DNA of 61,853 nt, counting the filler, from Hausera hauseri (lineage: Eukaryota): the NCBI GenBank assembly GCA_046269625.1. It is 11 parts of 11 records of this genome, joined end to end, with 100 filler letters (N's around TTAATTAATTAA, not from the genome) between each part and the next. Parts side by side here need not be neighbours in the genome. Positions count along the whole stretch, not along the records: positions 9,793 to 14,846 come from JBJURY010349823.1; positions 14,947 to 19,108 come from JBJURY010727990.1; positions 19,209 to 23,757 come from JBJURY010532121.1; 8 more parts are not named here. One strand, 5' to 3'. The notes beneath the pieces were generated by a model that saw only the letters and a list, made by a program, of their open reading frames with translations, had not been told where the DNA came from and did no database searches. The position numbers were made by a program, and so were the translations under genes. This document shows positions 13,460 to 23,857 of the stretch, piece by piece. How positions within the stretch are numbered: position 1 is the first letter of the stretch; every line of letters begins with the position of its first letter.

Positions 13460-14725
13460 CTCTACAATTTTAAATTTATAACGTTAATTTAAATCAACGA
13501 CGAGTAAAAATCTGGAATTGCATGAAATCTCGGTGTAAATCTGCTGTGACCAAACTCTGGTCATGTAGGCAAATGGGTTGTCTTCATTCACAACGTACTC
13601 GGTATCACATTTTGCATGAATTGGATTGTGTATATGGTGGGAATATTGTGATAGCTGTCTAGAATGATTATCATTTACTATTGTTTAGTTCTTTCGAATT
13701 GTATGTAAATGCATAATCCATTGATTTTGTTCGAAAGCAATAGTCGTAGTAAATACGAGGTCGATTCAATTTGATACCATCAATCCAACCTTTAAAAGTT
13801 TTTAATGATGATGATGACGATGTTGATGATGATGATGATGGTGGTGGTGGAAAAAATGAGTCGCTAATTGATTGATATTTTAGGTCATGTTTAAATTTAT
13901 CCAGAGCCGATTGGTCAGTTTTGTTTGTACACTAATAAAACAATAATTAAAGTGCAGTATACTCCAATTATTATTCATGATAATAAATTTTTATGATCAA
14001 GTAACTTTACACATGTACTAGGATTATGGCGTTTTGTAAAATGACTGAATTTCCCATACCAGAATTTGATGAACTTTTACTCAAACCAGTGAAAAGGATG
14101 TAGTTTTGTTTAGTTTTTTTTTCAAAACGTCACTCCCTCTAGGAAAATTTATAAGAATCGTTTATAAAGTAGTAAAATAATTAACTGATATAGTATATGC
14201 GAATTACTTTATTGCGGGTGACTTCTTGAAAAAAGACTAAATTGAAACAAAGTCATTTTCATTACTCTTTTGAACTAAAGTTTATCGAATAATTACATAT
14301 TGTACAAGAGGTCATAACCTCAATATATGTAATACATTTTATGGTAACTACATGATAATTTCACGAAACGTATCATTATGAATGAATGATGAGGATATAC
14401 TAAGCACCTTATATTCCCACTGTGAGTGTATAAAACTATGTAAAACACTGTGCGTATATTCAAGGAGAGTGAGTGAATTTTAAATTTTTCTGAACATTTG
14501 ACGAAATCAAATAACTATAGTTATATACATATATACATAATAGAGCTCAGTATATGATAGGAATATGATGAAAGTCCACGTTGCCGTCTATTAATATTAT
14601 ATAGTTCTTTATTATTATTGTTGTATGTCAATGCACAATCAGGTGATTCGACACAGAAACAATGGTCATAATAAAGCTCTGGTTGATTCAATTTGACATT
14701 TTCCATCCAGTTTGCAAAATTCGTT
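13460..14725 (-). pseudogene. Two related copies of an uncharacterised domain (about 13460-13930 and 14521-14725)
   Basis: FKGWIDGIKLNRPRIYYDYCFRTKSMDYAFTYNSKELNN versus FANWMENVKLNQPELYYDHCFCVESPDCALTYNNNNKELYN; each is preceded by a Ser/Thr-rich tract. Confidence 0.5.
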
Positions 14726-14776
14726 GTTGTCGTTGTTGTTGTTGTTTTTGATGCTGTTGTTGATAATATTGATGTA

Positions 14777-14846
<70 letters not shown>
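14777..14846 (+). repeat. (GAT)n microsatellite at the contig end
   Basis: About 23 perfect GAT units running into the linker. Confidence 0.97.
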
Positions 14847-15111
14847 NNNNNNNNNNNNNNNNNNNNNNNNNNNNNNNNNNNNNNNNNNNNTTAATTAATT
14901 AANNNNNNNNNNNNNNNNNNNNNNNNNNNNNNNNNNNNNNNNNNNNATTTACGAAAATGCGATTATTTTATTAAAACAAAAATTCATTTAGAACAGAAAA
15001 TAAAAATTATTGGACATAAGTAGGTCGCAAATGCTATTTTATCTATTTCACATTTTATTAGGGATTGCAAATATATAAGATTTATTTATGTGATAATATA
15101 ATATAATCTAT

Positions 15112-16218
15112 GTGGATAAAACGACTACCACGATACTAAAGATAGTTACCAATAAAGTAACGGTAGAAAGGATGAACAAAATCCTACCTCATTTGGTACT
15201 ATTAGCTCAAGATATGAGTCCTGTAACAGAAATAGCTAGGACAGTATTGGCCAAAGCTGCTGAAGACGAGAAAGGAAGAAATGAAGTTATACGGATAATG
15301 GTAAGGGAAGGAAACCTAGGTATGATGATCATTAGGATGAACGAAATAGACGACATACGAACTTTAAGAGAAAAGATTAAGGAGTTGGAACCTTTTTACC
15401 AAGGAAGTCCTTACGGATTAAATTATTATGGAAGGATACTATATAACTATTATAAATTTTTGAGAATTAGATGTAGAAGTGTGAACTACAATCCGATAAC
15501 TATAACCGAAATATATCCAGAGGCAAGAGCACAGGCAACAGTGGAGAATATCTTAAGAGAAATAGAATCACATGGAGTAGAAGAAATCCCTACAGATGAT
15601 ACGCAAGACATCATAGTTCAGACGGAAGCCAATAGAAGAGGTAGGCCAAAAGGAACAAAAATAAGTGACATTCGCAATATGAAAGATAGAAATGAAGAAA
15701 GAGTAAAACGGTTATTATTAGCAGGAACAAATGGTACTCCCGAATCGGTGGATATAGATCCATTACTAAAAATGTTATTGGCTAAGCTACATACGTCATT
15801 TGCCTCATTTGACATGCAGGCAATAATCCCAGACAAATTATTCACAACATTATTTTTTTTATTATTTAATTTTATTAGAACCTAGACGAAGAACGGATAA
15901 ATGAACTACATGAGTTGGATATTTTGGAAAAAAATGTTCGCAACTGAAATCACGCGAGAGAAATCTCAAACGGCTGTATCCCATCTGCTATATAAATTAA
16001 TAGTAATTAATCACCAGGTTCAAAATATAGAAGAGATTGAGCTTAATATAAAAACAGCTGTCAAGATTTTGAAAGATACGCTAGGAAATTGGGTTCAGTG
16101 TAGAGGTGTATGGCTGACCAGCTTGATGACCAATATAGTAAGGTCAGGCGAACGAGAAAGAGTAATAGATACACCAACGGCGACCCAACCACACATCTCT
16201 AGACCAGGCATAACAAGT
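15112..16218 (+). pseudogene. Pre-Env part of the retroelement polyprotein: ubiquitin-like domain (about 15286-15510) and AT-hook (15634-15651)
   Basis: IRIMVREG..IIRMNEIDDIRTLREKIKE..YGLNYYGRIL follows the ubiquitin pattern; RRGRPKG. Same frame as the Env signal peptide; homologous to 41630-42800. Confidence 0.65.
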
Positions 16219-18355
16219 ATGTCAATAATGGAAATTCTTCATATTCTTATAATAACGTCGTTAATAATGCCAAAAGCCTTGGGTGTAGTGGCTTACGATT
16301 GTTCTAAACCTAGCGAAGGACAAAAGTACTCTCTAGTGGATCTAAAGAAATGTCCAAAAGCCGATCCAGAACAGCTAACAACTACAAGTGGGCTTACCTA
16401 TTGGGTGTATCAAGAATCGGAATTCATAAAAGCAAAAATTAGGGAATGTTATGTAAAAGATCGTTTTTCCTGTTTAATTGTGCCTACTATTCTGGAAATT
16501 CAGCCATAATTGAGCCCACGACACCTTTCGAACCAATAATAATATCACGAGCAGAATGCCAGGATGCCTTTAAGATTAGCATCATAACTATAAAAAACGC
16601 TCATATACCGGCAGTTAGAAACAGAATAAAATATACAAGAATTTTCAGGGCAGGAAGAATAGATAAAACAATAGAAGGCACCTGTAAGGGAGTAGATTAT
16701 GATGTTGGAGGTACCATTGCACCCATAATGGTAGCCATAGAAGATTATCAGATTCAGTTGAAAGAATGTGAAGGATTGTTCGATTCACAAACAAAATTGA
16801 TGACGATTATGAGTGAGTGTGAATATGATAATGGCGAATGTGATATGGGAGAGTCAAAAATGACATGGAAAACCTCTAAAAATAAATGCCAGTTGACATT
16901 GTTAAAGGAAGGAAAGTTTAACAAGACAGTAGGAAAAACGGCCGAAAAAGAAACAGCGACATATAAAGAAGGAACAAAGGAAGTTAAGATGGCGTAGGTA
17001 GCTACATTTGTATACTCGGAAAATACAGAAGAAATGATGCTATTTAAAATCACAGGAGTAGCAACTAAATGCAGTAAAGAAATATCAAAATCCAACTATA
17101 AGGGTATTTTCTTATCGAGAAAAAAAATACCCGGGGCAAAAACCAAGACAGACAAGAAGGATATAAAATAAACACAATATTTCAATAATAAGATCGATTT
17201 TCTAATTAACTATGTAAGAAAGGAAATTAGAGGTCTATATCGAGAGATAATAATGAATGAATGCAAGTTGAACTACGAAATAATGTGTGATAAAATGGCA
17301 CTGGTAATAACAAATCCAGACATGGTAGCGCCAGTAATGCCCTTCGGCGATGGAATTATCGGAAGAGTCATGGGCGAGGTATTGATAACAATAGAATTCA
17401 TAAAGGTGGAAGTATCAGTCAGACCAACGGATGAATGTACAATGGAATTACCTGTAGTTTACCATACCGAAGCGAGATATGTGATGCCAGTGACCAGAAT
17501 ACTATTAGCATTACTGTGAGACCTACCCCACTATATAATTGCACCTTCAGTATGTTGCCTATGTTTCGAACTGATAACGGCAAATGGACTAGAATGCCAA
17601 AAAGAGAGCCAGTAACCAAACCGGAAATATTAAGTTTGATTAATCCACAAAGGAATCAAAAATTCGAACCATTAACAGGAATATCACAGGGAGAAATTTA
17701 CACACAACAAAATCTAGAAGATTACCGACGAATGTTATTATTCTCCCAAAAGAGACAGAGAGTTATAACAGAATTAACCAGGAGAGTAATGTGGGATGGC
17801 GAAGGATCACCACAATTGGAAAATCTAATGGGTAAAGACTATTAAAAGAAGGTAACCAAGAACGTAATAAAAAAATGTGGAGAAAGTTCTTATATTTCGG
17901 TCAAGCAGCTTCCAGTTTTCTGGTTATTTATTTTATTATTATTTATTTTATTATTATTTATTTTATTATACGGACAGTATTTACGGCATTAGATGAGGCA
18001 TATGGAATACATGCAGCAGTGGGATGTTCATGGAAAATCCTAATAGCTGTAATACCGGCAGTAGCAAGTTGTTTTCTAGCAAATCACGATGCACGTTGGA
18101 AAAGAAAAATATTACAAAGGAAAGATATAAAAGAATCTCCGTATAGTGTACCTGATAATGATGATACCAAATATGATCGAGTAAAGGCAAAGACAAAATA
18201 CAAACGAGCAGCTGTTATTAGGCAACTAGTGCTAGAGACACGAAAGCCGAAATATAGACAGAAGTTAATAACTGACCTACCCCATCTATATCCCGTAGAC
18301 GAATATCATGGACAGTTATATAACGAGCAACCATTAGTGAATCCTTCTGCTCCCC
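16219..18355 (+). pseudogene. Class III fusion glycoprotein (chuvirus G/herpes gB-like Env), copy A
   Basis: Signal peptide then AYDC..YSLVDLKKC; FNCAYYS; ISRAECQ; CEYDNGEC; GRVMGEV; CTMELPV; PVTRIL; membrane region WRKFLYFGQAASSFLVIYFII..AYGIHAAVGCSWKIL; tail with LYP and PSAP. Confidence 0.88.
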
Positions 18356-19221
18356 GATGCGTAGTGCATACGGGATTATACCTGTTTCGTATCCCAACTA
18401 CCTTCTGGATTGTTCAAACCGTATTTTCAAGTTTTCGCGGGTCCGAGGATGGTCAGACATCCAAGGAGGCCTGCATCCCATGCACCAAATGGATTTATAA
18501 AAAATATATTTTTTAAGTACAAACACACACTCAAATTTCAGCGGCTTTTATTTAATTATTTTATAAACACATCATTTAATAAACAATAATAACCAACAAT
18601 ACTAAAAAGCTAACCCATTTGATCCTCGATATGGAACACTCCTCCCGCAGTAATTTCATCATCATTATTCATTTGGATCAGTTGTAATAAATCCTTGCAT
18701 TAAACAATCTCTGGATCAGATTTTTCTAATAAATATTAATCTCGCTTAAAGAAGATCTAATTTACTTTGAAAACCTTGGTGATGTTTCTGGTTGAATGGA
18801 TTATATCCCTTTGTGCTGGTCAACAAAACTTCAGGCTACTTTGCCTATATCCCGTTGAATAGAGGGTCCTTAAAAGTTAAAATTATTATTGTCAAATGAA
18901 TTTCAAAATATTTATCTTCAAGGTCTAGAATGGGTCGAAGTCGCGGAAAACAGTGGTAATCGTAAAACTGCGTCGTCAAAGAAAAATCTGTGCTGTCCAA
19001 GAACAGTGGCCGTCGCGGAAAAATTAGTGTTAGAGTGGTCGTTTGGACGCAGTTTATATAGTATTTTGGACGACCATTATCGTTAATCAAATCTGGAACG
19101 ATAAACAANNNNNNNNNNNNNNNNNNNNNNNNNNNNNNNNNNNNNNNNNNNNTTAATTAATTAANNNNNNNNNNNNNNNNNNNNNNNNNNNNNNNNNNNN
19201 NNNNNNNNCTCAGTCCCCAGG

Positions 19222-20208
19222 ATGTCCGTTCCCGAGAAGGACGCTCCAGATTTCCAAACTTCAACAGTGGAATCCTCTAAACACCACATGGATCAGTCAG
19301 ACTGTGAGGACACAACTGTTGCCAAAAAGCGCGTAAAGACTGCTGTACTGGATTCCTCGATAGAATCCGTCCCTCCCAGAAGTCACTCACCTGACAGAAT
19401 TATTCAGGACGATCAATATTCAACGGACTCGATTGATTCTCTCCAATTCACTCTGGAGTCTTCGGGCGTGCCTATTTCTTCACGGTTCGCAGGTCTGGAG
19501 GACCAGATGGAAGTAACATCCCCCACAGATGGGTTGCCAGATCCTTCGCCAGAAGTTGCTGATCCACCGTCGACTTCATCAAAACTACGTCGGAAAGCAA
19601 AAAGGGTTAACAGAACTAAACCATACGATCTGTCTCTTGCGTCCACTGAGATTCACCATCATTCTTCGGAAGGATTATCTATTGCTGATCATTTATCAGT
19701 CGAGGACCCAATGCCCACACAGTCCAGTCGATCGGAGAGTAGTGGGAGTCGTCAGAGACGCCATTCTCTCTCTTCAATCCCACAATTACCTCTTGAGACT
19801 GCGCACTCCGAGTTGGTTGAGCCTGTATCAGCCCCACTCAAGGAATTACCTGCTTCGTCGGCAGACCTCTCGTTGTCCGACACGAACAAGTCTCTTCCTC
19901 CCCGGGGTGGGGAGATACTGATTGCAGCACCTACTCCTAAAGGAGGTAAACGTTTGCCTTCGGACGACCCGGTAAACAACCGGTTGCATGACTTATTCAT
20001 TGGATCTTCAGAGTGCGCTGATTCTTATGGCGCTCTCAGTGCTTCCCGTCGTTCTCTTCTGCGTGACTACCCATTACCCCCAGGTTATACTGTTCGACCG
20101 GTGGATATTCCTCTCCCAGGGGAATCAAAGTCTCGGGGTAGTGATTCCCCAACCTCGAATAGTCAACAGATTCCGACGATCGTCTCCTCGCGAACTTTGA
20201 GGATTTAG
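19222..20208 (+). CDS. LINE ORF1, low-complexity Ser/Pro-rich C-terminal part
   Basis: 328 open codons directly upstream of ORF2; assigned by position only. Confidence 0.6.
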   Translation: MSVPEKDAPDFQTSTVESSKHHMDQSDCEDTTVAKKRVKTAVLDSSIESVPPRSHSPDRIIQDDQYSTDSIDSLQFTLESSGVPISSRFAGLEDQMEVTSPTDGLPDPSPEVADPPSTSSKLRRKAKRVNRTKPYDLSLASTEIHHHSSEGLSIADHLSVEDPMPTQSSRSESSGSRQRRHSLSSIPQLPLETAHSELVEPVSAPLKELPASSADLSLSDTNKSLPPRGGEILIAAPTPKGGKRLPSDDPVNNRLHDLFIGSSECADSYGALSASRRSLLRDYPLPPGYTVRPVDIPLPGESKSRGSDSPTSNSQQIPTIVSSRTLRI

Positions 20209-20276
20209 CATATGTTATCCAACACTATCATGTAAAAATACTTTGTCTACAAGAAATACAATTACGGGGCCGCATT

Positions 20277-23200
20277 ATGCGTCCCCCTTCTCACTTTCGT
20301 GCCCCTATTATATCTGAAAATAGAGGTCCCTCCGATAGAGGCGGGACTGCAATTTTAATACATCACACGATTCCCTTTACTGAATTGAGGCTTCAAAGTC
20401 CTCTACCAGCTGTGGCAGTTAGACTTCACGGTCACCAGCCTATTTCTATTATATCGATATATCTAGCGCCTAGTTGTGTTTATTCCAAAGCCGACCTTAT
20501 TTCTCTTATGGAACAGGTTCCTTCCCCAGTTTTATTTCTGGGAGACTTCAATCAGCGTCATCCGCTTTGGGGAGATGTTATTTCTTCTCCCGGGGCGGAC
20601 TGGATTGTTGAACTAATGTCCCTGAGGGAACTGGGGTGTTTAAACTCTGGTATTCCCACGTTTGAGAGATTTGACACGTCATCTTCGACGTGTGTGGACG
20701 TCTCCTTGTGCTCACTGTCAGTGCTGGAGAAATTTGACTGGTTGCGATTACCTTATCTATATGGCAGTTATCATTACCCCATCCTTATTCGTTCTTGCGA
20801 GACTGTTTCTTGTGCTATTTCGCCACTTAAGTGGAATTACGGAAGAGCGAAATGGGTCGACTTTTATGAGGAAACATACTGCCCTACACTACCTCACCCT
20901 AAGGAATTTCCCTCGGTGGACTTAGCCTACGATCATTTCCGATCGTTAGTTCTGGGTGCTGCAGAAAGACACATCCCCCGCACGGAGGGATGTTATCGTC
21001 GCTCCAACCCTTGGTGGTCGGCTGAGTGTGATAGGGCCCACAAGGCAAAGAATAAGGCCTATAACACGTATAAGAAGAATAGAACACCTGTTACTCTTAT
21101 CTTATTCAAGGTGGCGGCTGCGCGCTCACGAAGGATCAATCGACAGGCAAGGAGAACTTATTTTCGTTCCTTTGCTTCCACCCTTACTGCTGCTTCAACG
21201 TCGACGAAAATTTATAAGACCATTCGGAAGATCTCTGGGCGCCAGGCCCGTTTCCATACCTATTTATTGTCATACGGTCCGGCGACAGACGATGTGCTTT
21301 CGGAGCCGGGACCGGTGGCCGACTATTTTGGATATCATTTTGCAGCGGGGTCGAGCACGGACGCTTATGGACCCGCCTTCGCCGAACGAAGTCGCCAGGT
21401 GCCAGTTCTCAATTCTCAGGATCAGACCATCGATTCGTTATATAACCGACTTTTTACCGCCAAGGAATATACGGTGGCGCTGAAGGCATGTCGGGATTGT
21501 TCCCCGGGACCTGACGGCATCTCTTTTCAGATGCTTCGCCATCTTCACCCTTCGGCAACGGCATTCTTGCAGTGCCTAATCAATAGAATTTGGATTGAGA
21601 GCTCAATTCCTCAACTGTGGAAGATTACATATGTTGTCCCTATCCCAAAACCCGACAGGGATTCTTCCAGGGTTGCTAACTATCGACCCATTTCGCTTAT
21701 AGGGCACCCAAGTAAGCTTATGGAAAAAATGGTGGCTGTACGCCTTGCCTCCTTTATGGATTTTCACCGCGATTCGTTTGGCAATCAGTTCGGGTTCCAG
21801 AGGTTTTATTCGACCTTGGATCCCTTATTGCGCCTGGATCGCGATGTTCACAGATCACTCCACGAGAAACTTTCCACGGTGGCGATTTTCTTCGACATCG
21901 AGAAGGCATACGATACTGCGTGGAGAACGGGTATCCTTCTACGGCTCTATGTGGTGGGTTTGCGTGGTTTATTGCCACGTTATATTACAGATCTACTTTC
22001 GAGCCGCTACTTTAGGGTAAAGTGTGGGGGTGTCCTCTCCCGGTACTTCTTCCAGGAGGTGGGCATTCTTCAGGGTAGTGGACTCAGCGTCCTATTGTTT
22101 ACGATGAGCTTACTCTCTCTGCCAACACATATCCCTCCAGGGATTCAACACCTACTCTATGTGGATGATCTGGTGATTTACTTGAGTGGCTCCCGGCTAT
22201 CGCATTTACTTCGAGTGCTGCAGTTGGCGATCAATAGCATTGTGTCGTGGGCGAACGAATTGGGTATTACTTTTTCTTGTCTAAAAACAAAGGCCATGCT
22301 CTTCACCAGATCCCGTAAGTGTAAAAGGACCCTATCTGACTCCGATCCGTTACTCCTGAAGGGAGTTCCTATTGCCTTTGTCGACAGAGTTCGGTTCTTG
22401 GGGGTGATCTTCGATCCACGCTTGACGTATCGTTTTCATATCTTGCAGATTCGTCATACTTGTCACAAGGTGTTAGATATGTTGACACTAATTTCCTCAA
22501 AGAATTGGGGAGCGGATAGGCGACTGTTGCTGCGTCTCCTTAATATTTTGGTGTTGTCTAGGGTGGATTATGGAGATCTTTTATATGGACAAGCGGCAGT
22601 CTCAACATTAAATTTACTTAATCCTCTGCTGAATCGTGGGATTAGAATAGCGACAGGTGCATTCCGCTCCTCCCCGGGGGCCAGCCTGGAGGTGGAGGCG
22701 GATGCCCTCCCTCTTCCCCTCCGCCGTAAGCAACATCTTCTCTCCTTTTATTTTCGTCTTTGTGCTACTGACAGGATTAATTCACGAGCGTTGGCCCAGA
22801 GCATGCGCGGTGATTATGAATCCTGGCCTCTTTCGGATACGGTCTCTGCTTTCTTATCACATCCATCCTATGCATCTGTTCACATTCGAAGATTTTCTCT
22901 TCCAAAGACGTTCGGTTGGTGGAACTTTACTCCTCCAAGAGTATGCCCATTTCATTTGACAGCTGGTTCTTTGGCATCTACTCTTGAGAGCAAACATCGC
23001 TTTCTTGCCCATTGTTCTACCCATCAGCAAAGTATTCCCATTTACACCGATGGCTCCAAGACCAACACGGGTACGGGGGCTTCCATCATATTACCACATT
23101 CTTCGGTGGTGCTTCGCCTCCCACCTATGACATCGTCCTACACAGCTGAGCTGATGGCGATACAGAACGCATTGCGTATCGTGTTACGTTCTAATGACCT

Positions 23201-23757
23201 ACACAACTGTGTCCTATTTACAGACTCACACAGCTTTGTACAGGCGATCGCTGATCCTCTGACCAAACATCCAATAGTCAATGAGATTCGTGATCTAGTT
23301 TTTCAGTTGGAGAAACGGCTTAAGCTAGTTACATTTTGCTGGGTGCCTGCTCATGCTGGAATACAGGGCAACGAAACAGCGGACCGCGCAGCAAGAAAAG
23401 GGTCTGAGGCCCTTTCTTGTGATCGGGGGGAGGTCCTATGGGACCTCCGAAGAGTGGCCGTTCCCGCTTCGGATCTATGTGCCGTGGTTCGTGCGGATTG
23501 CCGACGACTGTGGCAGGTAGCTTGGTCCGACACTGATACTTCGAACAAATTAAGGTCGGTCAAGCCCAAGATTGGACCATGGACTTCTTCATCTCATTTC
23601 GATCGTAGAGCGGAGGTGGTCTTGGCTCGTCTTAGGATAGGCCACTGCTTCTTCTCCCATGGGCATCTCATGTCCCAATCAGCTCCGGCGACTTGCACAT
23701 TCTGCGGGCTAGACGTTCTTCTCTCGGTATCACATATCTTGTTACATTGTCCGGGAA
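20277..23757 (+). CDS. LINE ORF2: AP endonuclease, reverse transcriptase, RNase H, C-terminal Zn knuckle
   Basis: GDFN..HPLWG; SPGPDGI; NYRPISL; QFGF; FFDIEKAYD; QGS; YVDD; YTDGSK, AELMAI, FTDS, WVPAHAGIQGNETAD; RLRIGH..CTFC..HILLHC. An in-frame LCLQE lies upstream of the annotated ATG. Confidence 0.96.
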
Positions 23758-23857
23758 NNNNNNNNNNNNNNNNNNNNNNNNNNNNNNNNNNNNNNNNNNN
23801 NTTAATTAATTAANNNNNNNNNNNNNNNNNNNNNNNNNNNNNNNNNNNNNNNNNNNN

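Larger units (their letters stand above)
19209..23757 (+). mobile_element. Non-LTR retrotransposon of the I group (RNase H-bearing), truncated by both contig ends
   Basis: ORF1 tail followed by an APE-RT-RNase H-CCHC ORF2. Confidence 0.95.

Noticed and set aside
14693-14902. Poly-Val/poly-Asp ORF
   Set aside because: Microsatellite read-through into the N linker.
17926-17970. IYFII x3 extended transmembrane segment in Env copy A
   Set aside because: A 15-nt slippage duplication absent from copy B; decay rather than a family feature.
16219-18355. Stand-alone chuvirus endogenous viral element
   Set aside because: No nucleoprotein or L gene nearby; homologous copies sit within retroelement gag and pol sequence.
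18930-19085. Short direct and inverted repeats (GTCGCGGAAAA twice; ACTGCGTC/GACGCAGT)
   Set aside because: Possibly a MITE fragment, but no TIR pair or TSD can be defined before the contig end.
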